Positions 1 through 6,914 of a stretch of DNA of 32,000 nt are shown one piece after another. The stretch covers positions 9,575 to 41,574 of the forward strand of contig DAIOHK010000004.1 in the NCBI GenBank assembly GCA_036744795.1, given 5' to 3'. A model generated the notes under the pieces. It was not told the origin of the DNA. It did no database searches and was given only the letters and a program-made list of their open reading frames with translations. Numbering within the stretch: position 1 is the stretch's first letter; each line of letters opens with the position of its first letter. The translations under genes were made by a program, and so were the position numbers. Source of the stretch: Bacillota bacterium. Lineage in GTDB: Bacteria; Bacillota; UBA4882; UBA10575.

Positions 1-408
1 GGTGCACATCCATTTATGGTAGTACCTTGGTCGCTGGCGGTTTCAGCTCAATCTGATAAAAAAGATGCGGCTTTGGAGTTCCTGAAATGGGCAACCAGTA
101 AACAAATGGCTAAAATTGCACAGCTTAATGGTCTAACTATGGCTAGAACTTCGGTCTGGAATGACCAAGAAGTACTCAAAAAATTATATCCGGGACTTGC
201 AGAATGTGCAAAAATAACAGGATCAATTGCTGTTCCGTATGATCGGCCTTTAATGACAGCTGTAGGAGAAGCCAGAGATGCTATTGGCGAAGTTATTGTT
301 AAAGCAATCGAAACTGGTGGCAAAGCAGATATTCCATCATTAGCTAAAACAGCTGCAGAAAAAGTCGATAAGTTGTTGGTTAAAGCCGGAGAAGGCCCTA
401 AACAATAA
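1..408 (+). CDS. ABC transporter extracellular solute-binding protein (family 1, sugar type), C-terminal fragment; 5' end lies outside the window
   Basis: The frame is open from base 1 to TAA at 406-408. The sequence ...PWSLAVSAQSDKKDAALEFLKWATS... looks like CUT1 binding proteins. Two cognate permease genes follow directly. Confidence 0.75.
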   Translation, partial: GAHPFMVVPWSLAVSAQSDKKDAALEFLKWATSKQMAKIAQLNGLTMARTSVWNDQEVLKKLYPGLAECAKITGSIAVPYDRPLMTAVGEARDAIGEVIVKAIETGGKADIPSLAKTAAEKVDKLLVKAGEGPKQ

Positions 409-428
409 AGTTCAAAGAAAATTAAAGG

Positions 429-458
429 GGTGCGGCTTCAAAAGCCGCACCTGCTTTT
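429..458 (+). terminator. Intercistronic stem-loop (partial terminator or mRNA stabiliser) between the binding-protein and permease genes
   Basis: GGTGCGGC (429-436) pairs with GCCGCACC (444-451) across a 7-nt loop, followed by tgcTTTT. It sits 20 nt after the stop codon, a position typical of ABC importer operons. Confidence 0.4.
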
Positions 459-474
459 ACCGAGGTGATGACGG

Positions 475-1371
475 TTGTTTTCAAAAAAGCCTTTTCGGGT
501 AAATCAATTAATAGAGAAAAATATTAAATGGATCTTTCCTTTACCTACGGTTTTATTTATTTTCTTGATGATGATTTTCCCATTGATCTATACGTTTTAT
601 GTCAGTCTTACTGATTGGGATATGATCTCTGGTGGACAGATCAGTTTTATTGGTTTAGATAATTATGTTAGTCTTTTTAAGGAACCACGGTTTTTCAATG
701 CGGTTAAATTGACTTTATACTTTACGATCTTAGCGGTAGGAGTAGAGGTGGTTTTAGGTGTAGCTATTGCCTTGATTCTTAACCGGGATTTTCGTGGAAA
801 GAATCTGGTAAAACTGATGCTTCTCCTACCTATGGTTGCAACTCCAGTAGCGATTGGTTTGGCTTGGACCTTATTTTACGAACCTACGATTGGTTTAGGT
901 AATTATGCTTTACAACTGCTTGGACTTCCTCCTTCCGCCTGGTTAGGTTCAAGTAAAATGGTAATACCATCCTTGGCTTTAGTGGATATTTGGGAATGGA
1001 CACCGATGATTACCCTAATTGTACTTGCCGGGTTAGCGGGCTTACCACTAGAGACTTTTGAGGCTGCGGTTGTTGATGGGGCATCCCGTTTACAGATTAT
1101 TCGTCATGTGACACTACCTTTATTAAGACCCACAATATTAATTGCTCTTGTTCTACGCTGTATTGACGCTTTAAAGACTTTTGACATTATTTACGTAATG
1201 ACTACCGGTGGCCCGGGATTTGCTTCTGAGACTTTAAATATTTACTCGTACAATCTTAGCTTTAATTATTTCCGCTTTGGAGCTGCATCAGCTGCTTTGG
1301 TTGCTCTTTTTACTCTGGTGTTAGGGTGCAGTGTACTAGTCCTCTGGATGCGTAAGACCTATGAATTATGA
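475..1371 (+). CDS. ABC transporter permease, MalF/UgpA-like (CUT1 family)
   Basis: TTG start about 8 nt after GAGGTG. Multiple hydrophobic spans. EAA-loop signature FEAAVVDGASRLQIIRHVTLPLLRP. Confidence 0.85.
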   Translation: MFSKKPFRVNQLIEKNIKWIFPLPTVLFIFLMMIFPLIYTFYVSLTDWDMISGGQISFIGLDNYVSLFKEPRFFNAVKLTLYFTILAVGVEVVLGVAIALILNRDFRGKNLVKLMLLLPMVATPVAIGLAWTLFYEPTIGLGNYALQLLGLPPSAWLGSSKMVIPSLALVDIWEWTPMITLIVLAGLAGLPLETFEAAVVDGASRLQIIRHVTLPLLRPTILIALVLRCIDALKTFDIIYVMTTGGPGFASETLNIYSYNLSFNYFRFGAASAALVALFTLVLGCSVLVLWMRKTYEL

Positions 1372-1397
1372 CCGTCTGACTGTAAGGAGTGAGATAA

Positions 1398-2270
1398 ATG
1401 AAAAGAGAAATGAATGAAGTCGGATGGAATGAAATTAAAATGGAGGAGCTTAAAGGGAATACGATCAAATTTAATGGGGTAGGATGGTATTTACTAATCA
1501 TTATAATCACTATTCCGTTTGTTTTTCCTTTAGTCTGGATCATCTCGGCTGCATTTAAAACCCAGACTCAAATAGTGGCTTCTCCTCCAATTTGGTTTTT
1601 CAAACCAACTTTAAATAATTTTCGGAGTGTATTTATGGAACAGGATTTTGCTCGTTTCCTTTGGAATAGTTCGGTGGTAGCAGGTGTTTCAACAGTGCTC
1701 TCATTAATCTTAGGATTACCGGCAGCCTATTCAATATCCCGCTACAAGCAGCAGATCCTGGGAGTTTTTATCTTAGTTGCCCGCCTGATGCCAGGGATCT
1801 CCTTTTTAATACCTTGGTACATATTGTTCTCAAAAATAAGAATGATTGATACTTTTACAGCTTTGATTGCCAGCCATATGCTGGTAGCATTACCCTTGAT
1901 TATCTGGATTATGATCAATTATTTTGACGGACTCCCCCGGGAACTTGAAGAATCTGCTCGTGTTGATGGTTGTAGTATCCAGGCAGCATTTTTCCGAATC
2001 ATGCTCCCAATTTCCGGACCTGGAATTATTACTGCTACTACACTATCATTTCTTTTCTCCTGGAATAACTTTATGTTTTCATTAGTTTTAAGTACTAACA
2101 GGACGAAAACATTACCAATTGCTATTTATAATTTTGTTTCTTATGCTGAAATAAGCTGGGGAAATGTAATGGCAGCGGCAGTGGTTATTATTGCTCCTGC
2201 GATTATTCTGACGATGATCTTCCAACGGTACGTGATTAAAGGATTAACCGTTGGAGCGGTAAAAGGATAA
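1398..2270 (+). CDS. ABC transporter permease, MalG/UgpE-like (CUT1 family)
   Basis: ATG start 8 nt after AAGGAG. EAA-loop signature LEESARVDGCSIQAAFFRIMLPISGP. Multi-pass membrane profile. Confidence 0.85.
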   Translation: MKREMNEVGWNEIKMEELKGNTIKFNGVGWYLLIIIITIPFVFPLVWIISAAFKTQTQIVASPPIWFFKPTLNNFRSVFMEQDFARFLWNSSVVAGVSTVLSLILGLPAAYSISRYKQQILGVFILVARLMPGISFLIPWYILFSKIRMIDTFTALIASHMLVALPLIIWIMINYFDGLPRELEESARVDGCSIQAAFFRIMLPISGPGIITATTLSFLFSWNNFMFSLVLSTNRTKTLPIAIYNFVSYAEISWGNVMAAAVVIIAPAIILTMIFQRYVIKGLTVGAVKG

Positions 2271-2294
2271 AAATTTAGAAATATAAGATAAAAA

Positions 2295-2321
2295 ATGCCC
2301 GAAGCTTATCGGGCATTTTTT
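2295..2321 (+). terminator. Rho-independent terminator of the ABC operon
   Basis: ATGCCCGA (2295-2302) pairs with TCGGGCAT (2309-2316) across a 6-nt loop, followed by a T-run. Confidence 0.8.
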
Positions 2322-2353
2322 AGTGAGGGGATTCTATAATTACCTTGAGTATG

Positions 2354-2382
2354 TTGTCATCTTTGCTTACCTGCGATAGAAT
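2354..2382 (+). promoter_or_regulatory. Sigma-A-type promoter candidate for the NUDIX gene
   Basis: TTGTCA (2354-2359), 17-nt spacer, TAGAAT (2377-2382), about 100 nt upstream of the GTG start. Confidence 0.45.
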
Positions 2383-2479
2383 GTTCAAAGATTAAGGAAT
2401 GCATAATTCGTAATGAGCAGATTAGCTTTTTAGCTTATTTTGGGCGTAGAGCAAGGCTAAAACAGGAGGTCAGTAAATA

Positions 2480-2938
2480 GTGAAACACGGGTATCCTGAA
2501 CCAACAGTAGGGGCTTTAATTTTTAATCATTCAGGTCAAGTCCTTTTAATTCGGGGGAGAAAATTTAAAAATCGTTATGTAATTCCCGGAGGCCATATTG
2601 AGATTGGTGAGACAATGGAGGAAGCATTAAGAAGGGAAGTTAGGGAAGAAACAGGGCTAGAGATTAAAAAAATAAAAATCATCGGCTTACAGGAAGCAAT
2701 CTTTCCGGAACATCATATAAATTCTCGGCATTTTATATACATTGATTTCCTTTGCCAGGCTGAACCGGGGGAAGTGGTTCTTAACCAAGAAAGCGAAGAA
2801 TTTATTTGGATAACTCCCAAACAGGCTTTGGAAATCCCTCTCGAAACATATACAGAAGGCTTAATAAGAGAATATCTTAAGGATGTAGATTCGGTATTTA
2901 GAAGAACCATTCTTTATAAAATTGGTAATCCCGGATAA
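2480..2938 (+). CDS. NUDIX hydrolase
   Basis: GTG start after AGGAGG. Nudix box GGHIEIGETMEEALRREVREETGL (GX5EX7REUXEEXGU pattern). Confidence 0.85.
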   Translation: MKHGYPEPTVGALIFNHSGQVLLIRGRKFKNRYVIPGGHIEIGETMEEALRREVREETGLEIKKIKIIGLQEAIFPEHHINSRHFIYIDFLCQAEPGEVVLNQESEEFIWITPKQALEIPLETYTEGLIREYLKDVDSVFRRTILYKIGNPG

Positions 2939-2990
2939 AAAGGAAAACCGGCACCAAGGAAAAACAGGGTTTTATTTCCCGATGCCGGTT
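2937..2990 (-). terminator. Rho-independent terminator for the minus-strand micro-ORF (may also stop NUDIX transcription)
   Basis: AACCGGCA (2946-2953) pairs with TGCCGGTT (2983-2990), with an inner GGAAA/TTTCC helix. Read on the minus strand, the hairpin is followed by TTTTCCTTTTT. Confidence 0.5.
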
Positions 2991-3041
2991 ATTGAGGATA
3001 GAGAGAGGCTGAACCTACAGGCGGTTTATGGCTATCCTAAA

Positions 3042-3131
3042 CTATACGGTACCTAAAATCAAGAGGATGAGAATTAAAAACAGAACAAACGCTAACATAG
3101 AATCAACACTTCCAACTTTTAAAGAACCCAT
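3042..3131 (-). CDS. 29-aa hydrophobic micro-protein MGSLKVGSVDSMLAFVLFLILILLILGTV (tiny single-TM peptide)
   Basis: Hand translation; the ORF is below the cutoff of the supplied track. GGAGGG lies 7 nt upstream of the ATG at 3131, the stop TAG is at 3042-3044, and a terminator follows about 50 nt downstream. The G-rich N-terminus plus L/I/F-rich tail resembles the tiny-TM/YjcZ-type sporulation peptides of Firmicutes (from memory). Confidence 0.45.
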   Translation of the reverse strand: MGSLKVGSVDSMLAFVLFLILILLILGTV

Positions 3132-3258
3132 TATTCAACCCTCCATTAAATATGGATTTAGATTTGCCTAGGCAGTTTCACCGGTTTCTAATTATATAAT
3201 ATGGGAGAGAGTAGAAAGTAGGAACTCTGCTTTTGGTATAACTAATTTGAAAAATTAT

Positions 3259-3288
3259 GCATAAAAAGGATAAGGCCGGGATATATTA
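3259..3288 (+). promoter_or_regulatory. Forespore sigma-F-like promoter candidate
   Basis: GCATA (3259-3263), 15-nt spacer, GGATATATTA (3279-3288). The remembered B. subtilis sigma-F consensus is GCATR-15-GGHRARHTX. The -35 matches fully and the -10 matches 7 of 9 positions. Confidence 0.25.
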
Positions 3289-3294
3289 ATAGTG

Positions 3295-3472
3295 CAGTCT
3301 GGGGCGGATGGCGCCAAGCCTGTACATTATATGAAACAGGGGCTAGTACTCCCCTTGGATGTGTGTTCGAAAAATGTAAGGCTTTTCCTATCCCAGCTGT
3401 AAAAAAGGTCTCCTAACTTGCGCATTTGGGGATCTTTTTACGGGGAGCCGATGGTCGGCTCCTCTTTTTTTC
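3295..3472 (+). ncRNA. Candidate structured small RNA, family not recognised
   Basis: Nested complementary segments: 3295-3303 with 3392-3399, 3316-3328 with 3373-3384, and 3339-3342 with 3351-3354. A strong intrinsic terminator at 3444-3472 has no CDS upstream of it. Confidence 0.4.
3444..3472 (+). terminator. Rho-independent terminator with no + strand CDS upstream
   Basis: GGAGCCG (3444-3450) pairs with CGGCTCC (3456-3462) across loop atggt, followed by TCTTTTTTTT. Confidence 0.8.
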
Positions 3473-3479
3473 TTTTTTA

Positions 3480-3507
3480 TTGACATTAGTGTCATTAATG
3501 CTATAAT
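3480..3507 (+). promoter_or_regulatory. Sigma-A promoter of the tetR-family gene
   Basis: TTGACA (3480-3485), 16-nt spacer, TATAAT (3502-3507), about 50 nt upstream of the ATG at 3556. Confidence 0.65.
3481..3494. promoter_or_regulatory. Putative TetR operator O1 (TGACA-TTAG-TGTCA), overlapping the -35 box
   Basis: Perfect 5+4+5 inverted repeat. The same palindrome type recurs at 3526-3539 and 4239-4252. Confidence 0.55.
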
Positions 3508-3525
3508 ATTTATTAAGAAGTTAAG

Positions 3526-3539
3526 TGACACTGATGTCG
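3526..3539. promoter_or_regulatory. Putative TetR operator O2 (TGACA-CTGA-TGTCG) in the tetR 5' UTR
   Basis: One mismatch to the palindrome. Lies between the -10 box and the RBS of tetR. Confidence 0.45.
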
Positions 3540-3555
3540 AAAAAGAGGGAAAAGT

Positions 3556-4149
3556 ATGCCGAAAATTATTGATATCAAACTTAGAAAAGAACAAATTATG
3601 CAAGAAGCAATCCAGGTCTTTATTGAAGAGGGTTATCATAAAACAAAGCTTCATCAGATTGCTGAACGTTGTAATATCGGAAGGACTACTATTTATAAAT
3701 ATTTTAAAAATAAAAACGACATTTTTAATTGTGCAATTAATAATGTTTTTGACCTTCTTGAAAACGATTATAAGATTATAACGGCTAAATCTCATGCTTC
3801 TCAGCTTGATAAGATAAAAGCCTATATTGGTAAGATTTTAGAAGATTGCTATGAAAAGAAAAGTTTACTGATTATGCTTATTGATCTATGGTTGCGGATC
3901 AAAAGGGAGAATAATGAATTTGTAACCAAAATAAAAAAGAGAGCCAGCGAGATCCAAGAAGTGTTTGAGAAATTATTACATGAAGGGATTGATAAACGAG
4001 AGATAAAACCGGTAAATGTGAAAAGTATGGCTTTTACTCTATTTTCACTAGTCGAATCCTTTGTTATTCAGGCTTCTTTTGCAGATGAATTGACCTTGAC
4101 AGAGAGTTTAGCATCTGTAAATGTACTGCTTGATGGGTTAAAAGCATAA
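3556..4149 (+). CDS. TetR/AcrR-family transcriptional regulator
   Basis: ATG start after GAGGGAAAAG. N-terminal HTH TKLHQIAERCNIGRTTIYKYFKNKNDIF. Size (197 aa) and helical C-terminal domain are typical of TetR proteins. Confidence 0.9.
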   Translation: MPKIIDIKLRKEQIMQEAIQVFIEEGYHKTKLHQIAERCNIGRTTIYKYFKNKNDIFNCAINNVFDLLENDYKIITAKSHASQLDKIKAYIGKILEDCYEKKSLLIMLIDLWLRIKRENNEFVTKIKKRASEIQEVFEKLLHEGIDKREIKPVNVKSMAFTLFSLVESFVIQASFADELTLTESLASVNVLLDGLKA

Positions 4150-4238
4150 TAATAGGATATAAGGGATTAAGCATTGATGCTTGTTTTAATTATTATAGAA
4201 TTCTATTGATTATAAACATAATTTTTTTTATTCTTCGG

Positions 4239-4252
4239 TGACACTTGTGTCA
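4239..4252. promoter_or_regulatory. Putative TetR operator O3 (TGACAC-TT-GTGTCA) in front of the radical-SAM gene
   Basis: Perfect 6+2+6 palindrome ending 14 nt upstream of the RBS at 4267-4272. It lies just downstream of a possible promoter: TTGATT (4206-4211), N17, TATTCT (4229-4234). Confidence 0.55.
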
Positions 4253-4278
4253 TTAAAAAATCGAAAGGGGAGAGTGTT

Positions 4279-5628
4279 GTGAACTTTATTAAAAGAATCT
4301 TTGGGAGATTATTAATGAAAAAAGGTCTTAGCTATCTTAATGAAAATCCGGAAGAAAATTTACCCAAGATTGTTGATTGGCTTGAAAGGTTTGCCATCAA
4401 ACCGCATCATAAACGGTATCTTGAAACAGCTAGAGAGATAATTGATGATAAGGATAATAATTGGTATCTTCTGATGCAACGGGGGCTTCGGGAGATAAAC
4501 CCTAATACTTTAGAGAAGTTTTTGACTAGTTTTATGATTAATTCAGCTTTTATTGGTAATGCCAGAGCTATGAAGATGAGAGAAAAACATCAATGCAATA
4601 TTCCATGGGCAGTCTTGATGGATCCGACTGCAGCCTGTAATCTAAAATGTAAAGGCTGTTGGGCTGCTGAGTATGATAAGGCGGATTCACTTAGTAATGA
4701 AGAATTAGATAAGATCATCAAGCAAGGAAAAAAACTGGGGGTTTATATGTATATCTACTCTGGCGGAGAACCTTTGATGCGAAAGAATGATCTGATTAAG
4801 CTGGCGGAAAAACACAACGACTGTGCTTTTCTAGCATTTACTAATGGGACTCTAATTGATGATGCTTTTGCAGAGAATTTGGCTAGGGTTGGTAATTTTG
4901 CTCTAGCAATTAGTGTCGAGGGTTATGAGGAAGAAACTGATTTGCGGCGGGGTAAAGGGACTTACCAAAAAGCGATTAAAGGGATGGATACCTTAAAGAA
5001 ATATGGAGTACCATTTGGCTTTTCTACTTGTTATCATAGTAAAAACACAGAGGTTGTTGGATCAGACAAGTATATCGACTTTATGGTGGAAAAGGGTTGT
5101 ATGTTTGGCTGGTATTTTACCTATATGCCTTTGGGTAAAGATGCAGTACCTGAACTACTGGCAACTCCGGAGCAGAGAGAGTATATGTATCATGAGATTA
5201 GGAAGGCCCGTACTGAAAAACCGATCTTTTTAATGGATTTTTGGAATGATGGGGAATTTGTTGATGGCTGTATTGCGGGTGGTAGAAGTTATCTGCATAT
5301 AAATGCCAATGGCGATGTGGAACCATGCGCCTTTATCCATTATTCTAATGTAAATATTCGGGAGACAAGTTTACTTGAAGCTTTAAAATCCCCATTATTT
5401 ATGGAATATCACAGACGGCAACCTTTTAATGAGAATCATTTACGGCCGTGCCCTTTGCTAGATAATCCTGATGCCTTAAAGGAGATGGTTCATAATTCCT
5501 GTGCCTGCTCAACCCAACCTGCTGACCAGGAAGATGTGGATGAATTAACGGAAAAATGCCGGGAGATTGCTAGACAGTGGGGGGAGACGGCAGATCGACT
5601 TTGGGAAAAATCCCAGCAGGAGAAGTAA
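4279..5628 (+). CDS. Radical SAM enzyme with an N-terminal helical extension and a Cys-rich SPASM/twitch-like C-terminal region
   Basis: CX3CX2C motif in AACNLKCKGCWA. SAM-binding-like YSGGEPLM. C-terminal CIAGGRSYLHINANGDVEPCAF plus RPCP and CAC cysteines. GTG start at 4279 (GGGGAG 6 nt upstream); the ATG at 4315 (GGGAG 7 nt upstream) is an equally plausible start. Confidence 0.85.
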   Translation: MNFIKRIFGRLLMKKGLSYLNENPEENLPKIVDWLERFAIKPHHKRYLETAREIIDDKDNNWYLLMQRGLREINPNTLEKFLTSFMINSAFIGNARAMKMREKHQCNIPWAVLMDPTAACNLKCKGCWAAEYDKADSLSNEELDKIIKQGKKLGVYMYIYSGGEPLMRKNDLIKLAEKHNDCAFLAFTNGTLIDDAFAENLARVGNFALAISVEGYEEETDLRRGKGTYQKAIKGMDTLKKYGVPFGFSTCYHSKNTEVVGSDKYIDFMVEKGCMFGWYFTYMPLGKDAVPELLATPEQREYMYHEIRKARTEKPIFLMDFWNDGEFVDGCIAGGRSYLHINANGDVEPCAFIHYSNVNIRETSLLEALKSPLFMEYHRRQPFNENHLRPCPLLDNPDALKEMVHNSCACSTQPADQEDVDELTEKCREIARQWGETADRLWEKSQQEK

Positions 5629-5654
5629 AAAAAGAGGCCATCGGCCTCTTTTTT
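5627..5654. terminator. Bidirectional rho-independent terminator between the convergent radical-SAM and tcdA genes
   Basis: AAGAGGCC pairs with GGCCTCTT. An A-run lies on the 5' side and a T-run on the 3' side, so the hairpin works on both strands. Confidence 0.8.
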
Positions 5655-5764
5655 CTATATTAAGGAATTGCACAGTGCATCTTATAGCTAGCTACTGGTT
5701 ACTCGTTCTAAATGAGAGCTTATGCAAGTTAGTTCCGATAATTTTTTTATGTATCCCAATCTTA

Positions 5765-6529
5765 TTAATCTTTTTTTAGTAGATCACGGATAATTTCACC
5801 TGCTATAATTAAACCAACTATTGGGGGAACATACGAGATACTCCCTGGTACCGGCCTTTTTAAAGGACAGTTGCATTCCTTACATCCCTGGTTGTTTTCA
5901 TCGGGGAGCGGTTTTGTCCCATTTGTTACTGCAGGTTCAGTAGAAAAGACTGCTTTTACTCCATGGGTGATCCCTTTTTCTCGTAATCCTTTACGGACTG
6001 CTTTTGCTAAGGGGCAGGTATGGGTCTTACTAATATCATCAACTTGAAAAGCCAGTGGGTCTAGTTTATTTCCCGCTCCCATTGCCGAGATGATCGGGAT
6101 CCCTCGATTGATGGTGTATTCAATTAAAGCAATTTTAGATGAAACAGTATCAATAGCATCTACTACGTAAGAAAGCGCGCCATGTAACAAGTGGGGGAGA
6201 TTATCTTTACGTACAAACTCCTTCCAGGTAATGACAATGCAATCGGGATTGATAGCTTTTACCCGTTCAGCCATTATTTCTACTTTTGCACGGCCATAAT
6301 TACCTTCAAGGGCATGTATTTGCCGGTTAGTATTGGTAAGGTCAATCTCATCAAAATCAATTAGAATCAGCCAACCGATTCCCGCTCGGGCCAGGGCTTC
6401 AACTACAAATGAACCAACACCGCCTAATCCGGCGATGGCGACCCGTGCCCGGCGAAGGGTAGTCATTCCTTTGGTACCAATTAACTGTTCGGTTCTGCTG
6501 AATCGATTGGAACTTTTATGATCAGCCAT
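5765..6529 (-). CDS. tcdA: tRNA threonylcarbamoyladenosine dehydratase (ThiF/MoeB/HesA-family E1-like)
   Basis: Close match to remembered E. coli TcdA/YgdL features: AGLGGVGSFVVEALARAGIG, TNTNRQIHAL, AKVEIMAERV, VVDAIDTV, FSTEP. I place the start at the ATG at 6529 (AGGAGG 11 nt upstream) because the GTG at 6538 is only 2 nt from the RBS. Confidence 0.9.
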   Translation of the reverse strand: MADHKSSNRFSRTEQLIGTKGMTTLRRARVAIAGLGGVGSFVVEALARAGIGWLILIDFDEIDLTNTNRQIHALEGNYGRAKVEIMAERVKAINPDCIVITWKEFVRKDNLPHLLHGALSYVVDAIDTVSSKIALIEYTINRGIPIISAMGAGNKLDPLAFQVDDISKTHTCPLAKAVRKGLREKGITHGVKAVFSTEPAVTNGTKPLPDENNQGCKECNCPLKRPVPGSISYVPPIVGLIIAGEIIRDLLKKD

Positions 6530-6914
6530 TATTTGCACAGCCTCCTAAAATATTTAGTTGCATATTTTTTGGGATAGTGGTTGGTGAGCGAAAAACCATT
6601 TTCATTGAAGTTCGACTGTTTTTTATTCTTTCCTTTAATTTTCCTCATATTACAATTCCCTGGTATCTACAGACAATGGAATCAGAATAATCTATTGATA
6701 CCTTCACTGGAAATTGTCTAATCCCTATTTTTTGGTTCATCACGGAAGGGAGAAATAAAAGTTAGATATGTATGTTTATTATTTTACGGGATCTTCCTGT
6801 TTTGCCGTTGATTATTGGCAGGAGATTAGAGGGGGAAAAACGAATATAAACGAATTGTACATAATAGTTTATATAATATATTGTTGTTATTATGGAGATG
6901 TAGGAGAGTTTTCA

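Noticed and set aside
3200-3472. T-box leader, riboswitch or tRNA-like element in the NUDIX-tetR gap (AGAGAG/AGTA at 3205-3220, GTTCGAAA at 3365-3372)
   Set aside because: There is no T-box consensus (GGGTGGTACCGCG-like) and no terminator/antiterminator alternative that I can see. The downstream gene has its own consensus promoter. The TTCGAAA lacks flanking T-stem complementarity. I kept the region only as an unclassified RNA candidate.
3388-3795. 135-aa minus-strand ORF overlapping the tetR gene, its promoter and the orphan terminator
   Set aside because: It is antisense to a well-supported TetR CDS, is low-complexity (K/I/F/N-rich) and has no RBS. It is a shadow ORF typical of AT-rich DNA.
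4150-5764. RiPP precursor peptide or partner genes adjacent to the radical-SAM enzyme
   Set aside because: I read both flanks in all frames. I found no RBS-preceded small ORF and no transporter or peptidase. The overlapping + strand track ORFs (5003..5233, 5567..5779) are out-of-frame shadows.
6527-6565. 13-codon minus-strand uORF (MQLNILGGCANNG) overlapping the tcdA RBS and start
   Set aside because: No RBS precedes its ATG and nothing else supports it. It is most likely a chance ORF in the leader.
6842-6866. Sigma-G-like promoter upstream of the S55 peptidase (GAATA ... CATAATA)
   Set aside because: Both boxes match the remembered consensus GHATR / CATXHTA, but the spacer is 13 nt rather than about 18. 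I do not call it. A weak sigma-A alternative, TTGTAC-N16-TATATT (6855-6882), is also unconvincing.
6768-6914. N-terminal 49 codons of the track ORF 6768..8774 (MYVYYFTGSSCF...YIIVYIIYCCYYGDVGEFS)
   Set aside because: There is no RBS at 6768 and the composition is an AT-rich translation artefact. A strong AGGAGAG sits 6 nt before the ATG at 6915, which opens a proper signal peptide. I moved the start to 6915.
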